Positions 1 to 9,291 of a stretch of DNA of 64,000 nt are shown in pieces. The notes below the pieces were generated by a model. It saw only the letters and a list, made by a program, of their open reading frames with translations. It had not been told where the DNA came from and made no database searches. How positions within the stretch are numbered: the stretch's first letter is position 1; each line of letters starts with the position of its first letter. Source of the stretch: Candidatus Thorarchaeota archaeon (GTDB lineage: Archaea > Asgardarchaeota > Thorarchaeia > Thorarchaeales > Thorarchaeaceae). The translations under genes and the position numbers were made by a program. The stretch is taken from NCBI GenBank assembly GCA_003345545.1, contig PRDH01000003.1, positions 17,413-81,412 on the forward strand, in the 5' to 3' direction.

Positions 1-2
1 TG

Positions 3-1571
3 CCCGATACGCTTCTCAAGCTCTACAAGGGACATGCCTACTTCAATCTTGACGTGCTTCGCACTAAGGTCGTGAACGAGATGCCGCCATTCATCAGATC
101 AGACGATGTGATGAATTACTTTCCGGAGGGAGCTGGACCGTACGGCAAGGATACCATGAGGAAACTCCCCTTTGCCCTCCCAACGAGAATCATGGCCGAG
201 ATTCGAGTGATGCTACTTGATGGCGATGGTAGCATGACAAAGACAAACTCGGTCTACGAGAAATGGACAAAAGAAACCTTCGATCCAGCATGCAAAGTCT
301 TTGACTCAAAGCTGGCAAGCCTAAAGGAAAAAGGCACCCTAGAGGACTATATGGAGATTGCAGATGAGCTTGACAAGACGATGATGCGTCACTTCAGAAT
401 GGTGAGGTACGGCCTTCCTGTTCATACCCTTGGCATGAATCTGATTACTAATTATCTGCTGAAACGATGGCTGGGCGAGAAGGCTGCAACCACGCTGTAT
501 CCTATCCTTCTCTCCGGTCTCAAACACAAGACCCGCGAAACCAATAGGAGAATCGATGAACTCGCCGCAATCATTCGAGATAGTCCTGAACTCACGAGTA
601 TCCTACAGGACATTCCTTCTCATGAGCTTTTGAGTCATTTCCGAAGACATCCTGAGGCTAGTTCTCTGTTTGTAACGAAGTTCGACGAGTTCATGGTTGA
701 CTTGGGTGACCGTGGATTCACGAGAGAGCCATACTTCCCGAGATGGAGAGAGCATCCAGCATATGTTTTTGATATATTGAAATCCCTTGTGTCTGAGGGT
801 CCAAGAGATCTGAAGGCGGGAGAAGAAGGACTGGCACGTAAGCGTGCGAAAGCCGAGAAACTCGTGGTAGAGGTGATCGGTGCTCAGAGATATGGCCCTA
901 TCAAGAAGATGCTCTTCTCAACGATTCTAGGAATGGCAAGAACCTATGTTTGCTTCAGGGAGAATCAGAGGTTCAATCTTGACCGCTGGATTACTCGTGA
1001 GCGAAATGCATACCTTGAGATTGGCAAACAACTGGTCAAGGAAGGTTACTTTGAGGAGCCAAAACATGTGTTCTTCCTCTTTCGAAACGAGTTGAGAGGA
1101 GTTATCAGAGGCAAATCCAAACTTGATAGAGAGAATGTCAAAAGCCTTGTTGCGGAACGCTACGAGGAATTCTTGAAGTGCGAGAACATTACGCCCCCGA
1201 AGTTTCTGCATGGCGATAGAGAGTTCGATGACCCTATACCGACCTCTGCCGAGGGTTTCAGGGGCATGCCCGCAAGTCACGGATTGGTGACGGGGTATGT
1301 ACGTGTGTTGGCGAGTGTTGAAGAAGTTCCACAGGTGCGAGCTGGAGAGATACTGATCGTGCCGCGAACAGACCCTGGGTGGACTCCAGTCTTTTCCAAA
1401 ATAGGGGGCCTTATCACAGAAACTGGAGGAATTCTCTCTCATGGTGCAGTGGTCTCACGCGAGTTTGGCATTCCCGCTGTCACTAATGTGCGGAATGCCT
1501 GCCAGGTATTCAAAACAGGGCAAAGAGTGACAGTAGATGGAAACAAGGGGATTGTGCTTAGGCTTGATTAG
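3..1571 (+). CDS. PEP-utilising phosphotransferase (rifampicin phosphotransferase/PPDK-like), C-terminal part, 5'-truncated by window edge
   Basis: Frame is open from position 3 (PDTLLKLYKGHAYFNLDV). C-terminal phosphohistidine swivel domain TDPGWTPVF..GGLITETGGILSHGAVVSREFGIPAV..VTVDGNKG follows a long helical domain. Confidence 0.85.
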   Translation, partial: PDTLLKLYKGHAYFNLDVLRTKVVNEMPPFIRSDDVMNYFPEGAGPYGKDTMRKLPFALPTRIMAEIRVMLLDGDGSMTKTNSVYEKWTKETFDPACKVFDSKLASLKEKGTLEDYMEIADELDKTMMRHFRMVRYGLPVHTLGMNLITNYLLKRWLGEKAATTLYPILLSGLKHKTRETNRRIDELAAIIRDSPELTSILQDIPSHELLSHFRRHPEASSLFVTKFDEFMVDLGDRGFTREPYFPRWREHPAYVFDILKSLVSEGPRDLKAGEEGLARKRAKAEKLVVEVIGAQRYGPIKKMLFSTILGMARTYVCFRENQRFNLDRWITRERNAYLEIGKQLVKEGYFEEPKHVFFLFRNELRGVIRGKSKLDRENVKSLVAERYEEFLKCENITPPKFLHGDREFDDPIPTSAEGFRGMPASHGLVTGYVRVLASVEEVPQVRAGEILIVPRTDPGWTPVFSKIGGLITETGGILSHGAVVSREFGIPAVTNVRNACQVFKTGQRVTVDGNKGIVLRLD

Positions 1572-1582
1572 GAGTGACCAAC

Positions 1583-2548
1583 ATGGAACCATTGACCCAT
1601 CGACCAACATCGAGACATCATGAATGGAATGAGAGCTACTACTTCATCTTCTATGACAAGGACAACAACATTGGTGGCATGAGTAGATTGGGTTTCAAAC
1701 CCAACAAGAAGGAAGGTATGACCTTCTTTTTCTTGTTCTTACCAAATGGCTCAGTTGGAGCCTTCCATGCCAATGATGATGCTCACGCCTATCCACGAGC
1801 GCTGAAGGTCGAAAACGTTCATTATGACTATCAGGGTAGCGGCGAGTGGCACTACACATACGAAGGGCCGATGCTGATATTCGACCGACCAAGGGATTTT
1901 GCACAGGTTCAGGAGAATCCGGAAGTCATCAGTGATTTGGTGGGTGCAAGAGTCGATTTGAGATACAAGGCTCTCAATGAAACCTATGAATACAGTAAGC
2001 ACATGACAGCCAAATCTCTTGAGATTGGAAAGAAGACTGGTGACATGCATTGGGAGCAAATTGGTAAGGTCAGTGGCAGTATTAAAATCGGCGAACGATC
2101 ATTCACTATTGGGGAATGCATCGGGCAAAGAGACCACACATATGGAATTAGGGACTGGACTGGAGTAGGCAACTGGTTCTACTTCGTAGTCTGGTTCGAT
2201 GAGAACCTTGCGCTGAATCCCGCTGCAGTTGTCTTGGATGATGGGCGAATCGGTTCAGGTGGCTTCATCTACAAGAATGGAGAGAATATACCAATTAAGA
2301 CCATCCGAATGCTCGAACACTTGTACGAAGAAGATGGTGTCTTCCCAATTTCGACAAAACTCGAAATAACTGATCAAAATGGCAAGAGGTATGTCCTCAG
2401 GGCTGCTCCGGGATCTATCGTGCCCGTGCCATTCGAGGGGAAAGATGGCAGTCTGTCTTATCTCATTCAATCCTTCGGCTCATTTCAGCTTGACGACTTG
2501 GTTGGAGGATATGGTTCCTACGAAGTCTTGAGAAGAGCATCAAAGTAA
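1583..2548 (+). CDS. AttH/CrtC/tocopherol-cyclase-like beta-barrel protein (WNESYYF...RDHxxGxRDW family)
   Basis: Motifs EWNESYYF, HWEQIG and GQRDHTYGIRDW. SD AGGAG at 1570-1574 favours ATG 1583. Operonic with the upstream gene. Confidence 0.6.
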   Translation: MEPLTHRPTSRHHEWNESYYFIFYDKDNNIGGMSRLGFKPNKKEGMTFFFLFLPNGSVGAFHANDDAHAYPRALKVENVHYDYQGSGEWHYTYEGPMLIFDRPRDFAQVQENPEVISDLVGARVDLRYKALNETYEYSKHMTAKSLEIGKKTGDMHWEQIGKVSGSIKIGERSFTIGECIGQRDHTYGIRDWTGVGNWFYFVVWFDENLALNPAAVVLDDGRIGSGGFIYKNGENIPIKTIRMLEHLYEEDGVFPISTKLEITDQNGKRYVLRAAPGSIVPVPFEGKDGSLSYLIQSFGSFQLDDLVGGYGSYEVLRRASK

Positions 2549-2610
2549 CGGAACACGACATGCTCGAAAATGTTAAACACAGGCAGCTATAGAGCAGGGT
2601 GGCGAGAGTA

Positions 2611-3267
2611 ATGTTCGAATATGTCCAAGAAAGAGACCTATCAAGGCGACTTGAGCCGAGAACCATGGTCTATGTAATCACACATGGCGAGTATGATAGG
2701 GAGAACACGGGCAAGCTGTCTGAAAGAGGCAGAAATCAGGTCACGGAATTGGCCCATTCTCGTTTAGTCGTTGGCATACGAACGTTGTACAGCTCCCCTG
2801 CAAGAGAAACTCTCGAGACATCAGTAATGCTGCGGAAGGAATTCGAATGCACGATGGAGAAGAAAGAATGTCTTGCAGATGTGAAACTGGGCTTTGGCTG
2901 GCAAGACACAGAACTGCTTAGAGAGAGAATTTCCCCGATGTGGAAAGATGAGAACCTTCGAGTCGAAAAAGGCGAGTCATTGGCCGATGCTCGGGACCGA
3001 ATTGGGGAATGTTTGAATGAGATTGGCGCTAGACATCGAGGGGACAGTGTTGCTGTAGTCAGCCATCCCTTCATTGCAACTCTATTCTATTCACTTGTGA
3101 CTGCAGCACCTCTTGATATCAATGAGTGGCTCATGACTGGATTTGCCTCCTGCGCAACATATGAGTATGCAACCTCTGGATGGTCGCTTCTCATGCCATC
3201 TGATAATAGCTTTCAGAGTAATCCATCATCAGTAGCTGATTGGTTGCCAGATAATGTGTTCGACTAA
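2611..3267 (+). CDS. Histidine phosphatase (PGM) family protein, degenerate RHG motif
   Basis: VYVITHGE, LSERGRNQ, LYSSP, GESLAD and VAVVSH follow the His_Phos_1 layout. Start is uncertain (2611 or 2665). Confidence 0.75.
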   Translation: MFEYVQERDLSRRLEPRTMVYVITHGEYDRENTGKLSERGRNQVTELAHSRLVVGIRTLYSSPARETLETSVMLRKEFECTMEKKECLADVKLGFGWQDTELLRERISPMWKDENLRVEKGESLADARDRIGECLNEIGARHRGDSVAVVSHPFIATLFYSLVTAAPLDINEWLMTGFASCATYEYATSGWSLLMPSDNSFQSNPSSVADWLPDNVFD

Positions 3268-3317
3268 AAAGAGAAAAGGTGTTGAAGCGCGACCTGAGCG
3301 ATCGAACTTCAACAACC
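3266..3317 (-). terminator. Hairpin plus T-rich terminator of the surface-protein gene
   Basis: GTTGAAG (3281-3287)/CTTCAAC (3307-3313) stem followed on the minus strand by TTTTCTCTTTTT. Confidence 0.5.
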
Positions 3318-3328
3318 ATCGTTATGCA

Positions 3329-6300
3329 CTATCTACGTCGATACATCGCACAGACTATGATGACCAAAGCAACGACTCCGCCGACTATTATGTAGAGTGT
3401 TGTTGGATTTCCGCCTCCAGTGGTCGTGGTAGTAGTTGTGGTACCTGTTGTCTGTAATGCACTCGTATATGCCACAAAGACAGGATCGCAGAGTATCTCT
3501 TCGCCACCCCAGTTCTCATAGCCCGATGTCATGAAGAGCATCGACGCGTCTACGTTGAAGTTCGTCACAGAAGTGCCCGAACTTGACTCAAACATGACAC
3601 TAAAGGCTCCTATCGGTGCGGTGGTTGATCCGGAGGTGTAGATTGTCGTATGATTATCGCCACCCCAGGTATATGGCAGCCCGCCCATGGTGACATTCGC
3701 GAAGGGAGTGTCCTCAGCCCCAAACTGGTAGTATGAAGCCTCAAGACTGGCACCGTTGGTGTCGGTCACAGGACGCTGACCCGCAGTATACGTTGTAGCC
3801 GTTCCGGTTGCAAGAACTCCGAAGAAGTTCACAGCCAAACTACGTCCCTCGAGAACTGAGTTGTCAAAGTCGTGGAGTGTCCATTCACCAAACCGTTGAT
3901 CCACCTTGAATGTCACTGCGTGATTCCATGTCTTGGGATCATCCGCATCGTATGAGGTCATATCTGCTGCGAAGGTGATGTCGAACGCCATCTCATCGAT
4001 GGTAGCCTGAGTCACCCAATAGTCGAAACTCGTTGAGTTAAGACCAATGGAACCCTCATATGTTTCTCTGAAGTCCCAAGCACCTCTCAGGGCAGAAGAG
4101 TGCTCCACACGAAGCGGGTATATGGTCACATTGACATTGGAGATAGTTACGCCAAAATTCACGACAGTGTCAGGATTGACAATGACATTGCCCGTGTTGT
4201 TGGTCGCACCGAATGGCCTCCTTAGCTCAACCTCGCCCACGCTGTCGATGAGCACGAGATGAGTCACTTCATCAGTAACTACCTGACCTCCGATGATGGT
4301 GAAATCTGGAGCACTCTCTGTTGGCCCTAGACCGTCATTGAAGATTAGGAGTCCTGCATATTCAGCACGGAAGTGTGCTAGAGTTGCCTGCGTATCGGAC
4401 ACAGCCACAAGAAAGTTCTGCGTCGTCCCCCAAGCAAACCACGTCGTTGACCATTTGCCTCCCTCGATACCCGGTAGGTTATCAAGTTTCAGAGTTCGAT
4501 TCACGGACAACCATGATACGTACTCGTAGCCTGGCACAGGAATATCATTACCCATGTCAGCCCACAGCAAGTCCTGTATTGCAGCCATTTCGCCTGTATT
4601 GAGTGAACTACCATCAGAGGCATGATACCAATAGAAGGTTTCATTGGCCTCATACCAGATATTCATCTCTACGACGCCCATCCAGTTTGTCGATAGGAAC
4701 TCATCACCCGGAGCGCCAGGACTTGGGTCAAACCCAACTCCGACCGCCATTCCATTAATAGTGATGTTGCCCTCATCACTCCAATATCCAGTCCGCAATA
4801 CGAAGTACTGATCTTCGGTGGTGTAGATGTTTCCGTCAAGGTCGATTGCACCATTGTCTGTCACTGTCCAGATTGGCGGTGTGTAGGACGGAACTACGCC
4901 AAGACGAAGGTGACGTGGGCTCCAGAGCGTATTGCTCGAAATGTCAGCTTGGCGATACTCATCTGTCCAAGCGTCTACAAGTTCGGCGTATTGCGCAGGG
5001 GTGAGTTGCCCGCTGGTCACCAAGAATGCAGGATAGTCCCAAGCAGTTTCATTCCAGAAGCGAACATTCTGAATGAGTCCAATCTTTACGGTTGCGGTCT
5101 CAATGACCATTGAGGGTGCTTCCGCGTTGAAGTTGAATAGTACCTTCAGAGTGCTCAGGTCCTCGCCCAGAACAGCCTCAAAAGTCGACACAGTCAAGTC
5201 ATTGCGAGGTATCACTACACTCCAGAGCAATGTACCACCTCTAAGATACATTGTGACTCTATAGTGTGAACTTGTAGTAGCATTACCAGTTTCGAAATCA
5301 ATGACCATGGTGTGTGTTATCTCATACCTCCAATAGTGAGTCTCATTGCCGTCCATTCCAGAACCACTCACCTCAAGAGTGAAGTCCTTGACTTTCTGAG
5401 TGAGATTGAACAATGCACCTGCCTGGGGTTCATAGATAATTGATCCATTGAGTTCATTGATGTTTCTATGGACTATCAGCGTTAGATTGAGGGGTTCCCC
5501 CTGCTGGGCAATACTTGCAATATTGCCCTCCATGTCAAAAACAAATGCTTCGATGAATGCTGAGCGGAATGCCAGTTTCATTGTTTCTTTTTCAGTCACT
5601 TCAGGTCTCTTGTAGATAGGATCGCCATTTGCGTCAAGGACTGTCACCAGATCCATCTCAGGTCGGATGGTTCCGCCAAAGCCAAAGCTGGGATCAAGGT
5701 CAGTTTCATTGGTGAAATAGCCTCCCCACTGAATTCTGTGACTGCCGTCAAAGATGCCTGTGTATTCATCATTGAATACAAAATACTTGCTGATACTGAT
5801 CGTCGAATTCTCAGTGACCGTCAGAAACGGGAACCACATACCAAGACCTCCGCCTAGGTCAAGCCAACTCCACGAAACATCAGGATAACCAGCAAGGACA
5901 TATGCGTCCGTCGCGTTGACCTTCAAAAAAATCCATGGGTAGAGATCCACTTCGGTTTCAGTCCACGCTACAGTATTATCAAAGAGTACAGATTCACTGA
6001 CGTTCAAACCCAAAGGCATTGTCCAGTTTTCTTTCACAAGATAGTCTGCATCCCAAGTCACTTGTGTGAACGGGATTAGGGTTGCTCCGATTTCTGCAGA
6101 AGACTTCATCCTAACAATGAATGTATCATTGACATCAGCGTAGTGGAGAATTCGATTGCTCTCGTCGATAATGTCGGCATAGTAATAGTCAGGCAATGAG
6201 AAGTCCAGTGGATTGACGGGCTTTCCAAAGCCAATGGGTGGTGTTGCATACTCTCCACGTGTTGTGGATGCTAGCCAAGATGGTGTTACTGGCCTTCCTT

Positions 6301-6886
6301 CTGTATCAACAGCCTGCATACCCGTGTAGAAGATGCTGGGCACTATAGCTTCTTCATAGGTGATGGCAAAGACTACACGGTAGAAAGCGGGCTCTTCAGA
6401 ATACTCTGAGTCCACACTGTCCAACGTTATGAAGTTAGCCTGCCTAGGTTCTTCAGCTCCGGGAACGTATACAAACGCCATGCTGTTCCATCTATCAGAT
6501 GTAGCGTTATACTCGAGACCAAAGAAAGGAGCTCTTGGTCCTTCTCGAACGCCCCAAAACTGGACTGAATCAAGTTCACTTCCAACCCCAAGGAATGCCT
6601 TTGGGATTGTGATATTCACGAACAGGTCGTTACCGACAGCTATTCGATAGTTATTCGTGGCGATATCTGTCAGGTTGTCAGCATACCCAATCCAGATGCG
6701 CGGCTGTGGACCGAAAATCCATTCAGAGTGTTGATCTACGTTACTGAACTGCGTAACGTTATCCTCAACACGCCAGGCAATATGCATTAGTGCTTGACCT
6801 GCTGTCTGGGCTGCAATCGGAGTGACAGCACCTGCAAAACTCACCAGAAGTACTGAGATTATTGCGATTGTGCTTATCTTCTTCAT
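3329..6886 (-). CDS. Large secreted, membrane-anchored cell-surface (S-layer-like) glycoprotein
   Basis: Signal peptide MKKISTIAIISVLLVSFAGAVTPIAA after SD GTGAGGTG. Many NxS/T sequons, acidic composition, Thr-rich linker, C-terminal TM helix and RRR tail. Confidence 0.8.
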   Translation of the reverse strand: MKKISTIAIISVLLVSFAGAVTPIAAQTAGQALMHIAWRVEDNVTQFSNVDQHSEWIFGPQPRIWIGYADNLTDIATNNYRIAVGNDLFVNITIPKAFLGVGSELDSVQFWGVREGPRAPFFGLEYNATSDRWNSMAFVYVPGAEEPRQANFITLDSVDSEYSEEPAFYRVVFAITYEEAIVPSIFYTGMQAVDTEGRPVTPSWLASTTRGEYATPPIGFGKPVNPLDFSLPDYYYADIIDESNRILHYADVNDTFIVRMKSSAEIGATLIPFTQVTWDADYLVKENWTMPLGLNVSESVLFDNTVAWTETEVDLYPWIFLKVNATDAYVLAGYPDVSWSWLDLGGGLGMWFPFLTVTENSTISISKYFVFNDEYTGIFDGSHRIQWGGYFTNETDLDPSFGFGGTIRPEMDLVTVLDANGDPIYKRPEVTEKETMKLAFRSAFIEAFVFDMEGNIASIAQQGEPLNLTLIVHRNINELNGSIIYEPQAGALFNLTQKVKDFTLEVSGSGMDGNETHYWRYEITHTMVIDFETGNATTSSHYRVTMYLRGGTLLWSVVIPRNDLTVSTFEAVLGEDLSTLKVLFNFNAEAPSMVIETATVKIGLIQNVRFWNETAWDYPAFLVTSGQLTPAQYAELVDAWTDEYRQADISSNTLWSPRHLRLGVVPSYTPPIWTVTDNGAIDLDGNIYTTEDQYFVLRTGYWSDEGNITINGMAVGVGFDPSPGAPGDEFLSTNWMGVVEMNIWYEANETFYWYHASDGSSLNTGEMAAIQDLLWADMGNDIPVPGYEYVSWLSVNRTLKLDNLPGIEGGKWSTTWFAWGTTQNFLVAVSDTQATLAHFRAEYAGLLIFNDGLGPTESAPDFTIIGGQVVTDEVTHLVLIDSVGEVELRRPFGATNNTGNVIVNPDTVVNFGVTISNVNVTIYPLRVEHSSALRGAWDFRETYEGSIGLNSTSFDYWVTQATIDEMAFDITFAADMTSYDADDPKTWNHAVTFKVDQRFGEWTLHDFDNSVLEGRSLAVNFFGVLATGTATTYTAGQRPVTDTNGASLEASYYQFGAEDTPFANVTMGGLPYTWGGDNHTTIYTSGSTTAPIGAFSVMFESSSGTSVTNFNVDASMLFMTSGYENWGGEEILCDPVFVAYTSALQTTGTTTTTTTTGGGNPTTLYIIVGGVVALVIIVCAMYRRR

Positions 6887-7126
6887 TATTTCCACCTCAC
6901 CAAGAACCAAGCGTGCTGTAGTCGTCCTTCCCAGTATGTCCTAGATTCGTACGAGGAGTTCTAAGAATTCGATCGGAGCGAGATGCTGGTTCTCGTTGTC
7001 TTGGTGTCTTCATCGTAGGTACTTTCCTAGTAACCTCTGATGGAAAAAACCGACGAACTGCAGTATAATGTATGCAACATCAGTATATAGTATAATTGTG
7101 AATGAATCGTACACCCATTATGTACA

Positions 7127-9142
7127 TCATAGCTCGTCAAAATAGACACGGAGAAGCTCTGCGACACTCCTGGCTCGAGATACTGTGCCTCTATCTCGGT
7201 GAGGCATTGATCCATCGAACATGTCAGATATTGTGCCGAGGCAACCTCTACGGACAGTGCTGAGGACAGGCCGGAAGAATTTCTTCTCAGCCTTTGCTTT
7301 ATTCTCAGGAGTCCTGCCGTTGACCGTAAGCCATGCAGATATGTAGGGACCTATCAACCAAGGATGCACACTCCCTTGATGCGTCGCGGCTGCTCTACTT
7401 CTTGGACCACCTGTATAGGCACGAGCATACCTCGGGTCTGTTGGGGACAGAGTTCGGAGACCGTAGGGGGTGAGTAATTCCTTGGTCACTGTCTTCAGCA
7501 CTGAGTTTGCTTTCAAACTGTCAAGAAGGGGGTACGGCAGACTAATCGCGAATATCTGGTTCGGTCTTATCGACTTGTCCTTCTCTTCATCGGTGACAAC
7601 ATCGTAGAGATAACCTAAATCCTGACCCCAGAAGGTCTGAACAAAAGCTTCTTGGATCCAAGAAGCTACAGCCTGGAACTCGTATGGGTCTCTTCCGACA
7701 AATTCACACATCTCACCCATGGCCATCAGTGCATTATACCACAATGCATTGACTTCGACGCACTTCCCGATTCTAGGGGTTGGGCACCAGTCATCGACAC
7801 ACTCGTTCATCCACGATACCTCGACACCATTTATCCCTGAGATGATGAGACCATCATGATCCTCGTGAATGTTGAACTTCGTGCCAATTCTATATGCGGT
7901 AATGATAGAGTCCATTGTATCCCAGATTATGCCTCGGAGGAACTCCATATCATTTGTTGCTTGGATATAGCGACGAACAGCCATGATGAACCAGAGTGAT
8001 GCATCAACCGAGTCATATTCGGGCTGAATACCTCTATCTGGAAAATCGTTGGGAACAAGACCATAGCGTGAGTATCGTGCGTAATTCGTAAGAATCGCCC
8101 GTGCATCCTGAAAACGGCCGATAGACATAGTGAGGCCCGGAAGAGAAACCATTGCGTCGTGACCGATATCAGCAAGCTCATGGTATCCGGCGATTATTGA
8201 TCTCATGTTTGTTGAAACCCGGTCGACGATGAATGTGTCTGCATCAAGGACAAGCCATTCTATGTCCTCGTCACGCGCCTTAGAAGACATTGAAAATGCA
8301 CGGTCATTCAGTATCTTCCTCCGTCGGAGTTCCTCAAATCGAAGTCGGGCAAAGTCTTGTCGTTTCGCTTTTGCCAAAGGGCCAAGACTCGACATGAGGT
8401 CCTTCTGATCTCGGCCGACTGCAAAGAGGAAGGAGAGGAAATGCTCCCCAGCATTCAGAACCGTGTGAAAGACGCCGGGGATGATCATTTGTTCTTGATG
8501 TGGCAGACCCATTGCTTGATCGCGTCGATATACCTGAGGTGCAGTAGTACGAATTTCGCTGGGCATGAATTCAGCATCTGGGGTATACGCATACATCCAC
8601 GGGCTGTTCGGGCGTTCATCGAATGCAAAATAGGAATGACTGTCGGCAACTTCTATCTCTGGAGTGAAGTCAAGAACTGGAGGTCTTGCATGGAGGTCTC
8701 TGCAAGTCTGTAGTGGTGTAACTGTGAGGACTGTTTCTTCAGTGTTCTTTATTTCATAGTTCACGACTACCAGATTTCTTCGATATGCCATGAAAACAGT
8801 CTTCTCAAGCTCGACGCATCCTGTCGAATAGATCATCTGAGGCAGCGGATTGAGTTCAAATCGCTTGAGATACTTGTAGCCTCGATGAGTAACACCCTCG
8901 GTAGTCTGCTCGGTGCTTAAGTTACATTCCCCTTCGGAGTTCACCATAGCTTCATCCAATCGGGAGAGGGTGAGCCATCGATCCACCGGAGGGCTCATCG
9001 ACGAGACCAGAAGACCGTGGTAGCCGCGAACATTCAGACCGACAATAGTGGAAGATGTGTAGCCTCCTAGACCATTAGCATAGAGCCACTCGAATGTGAT
9101 AGCTCTATTCAGTTTTAGGTCAGCATCTTCCAACGTTATCAA
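7127..9142 (-). CDS. Archaeal-type glycogen debranching enzyme/amylo-alpha-1,6-glucosidase homolog (GDE_N + GDE_C), active site degenerate
   Basis: EWLYANGLGGY..YHGLLV, GLVPN, DASLWF, VEVNALWYNAL, RPNQ, LLTPYGLRTL, SVAE. Confidence 0.85.
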   Translation of the reverse strand: MITLEDADLKLNRAITFEWLYANGLGGYTSSTIVGLNVRGYHGLLVSSMSPPVDRWLTLSRLDEAMVNSEGECNLSTEQTTEGVTHRGYKYLKRFELNPLPQMIYSTGCVELEKTVFMAYRRNLVVVNYEIKNTEETVLTVTPLQTCRDLHARPPVLDFTPEIEVADSHSYFAFDERPNSPWMYAYTPDAEFMPSEIRTTAPQVYRRDQAMGLPHQEQMIIPGVFHTVLNAGEHFLSFLFAVGRDQKDLMSSLGPLAKAKRQDFARLRFEELRRRKILNDRAFSMSSKARDEDIEWLVLDADTFIVDRVSTNMRSIIAGYHELADIGHDAMVSLPGLTMSIGRFQDARAILTNYARYSRYGLVPNDFPDRGIQPEYDSVDASLWFIMAVRRYIQATNDMEFLRGIIWDTMDSIITAYRIGTKFNIHEDHDGLIISGINGVEVSWMNECVDDWCPTPRIGKCVEVNALWYNALMAMGEMCEFVGRDPYEFQAVASWIQEAFVQTFWGQDLGYLYDVVTDEEKDKSIRPNQIFAISLPYPLLDSLKANSVLKTVTKELLTPYGLRTLSPTDPRYARAYTGGPRSRAAATHQGSVHPWLIGPYISAWLTVNGRTPENKAKAEKKFFRPVLSTVRRGCLGTISDMFDGSMPHRDRGTVSRARSVAELLRVYFDEL

Positions 9143-9291
9143 TGGATGGATACCTCAGAGTCGATTTCTGTTCACTTACGAGTTCTGACCACGGGTACAC
9201 TTTAAGGGTTGTGTCACACAGATTTGGTATAGACAGTCACCGTCATAAGTAGCTGAAATCGAATTCCGATATCGTCTAGGAGTGCTCAATT

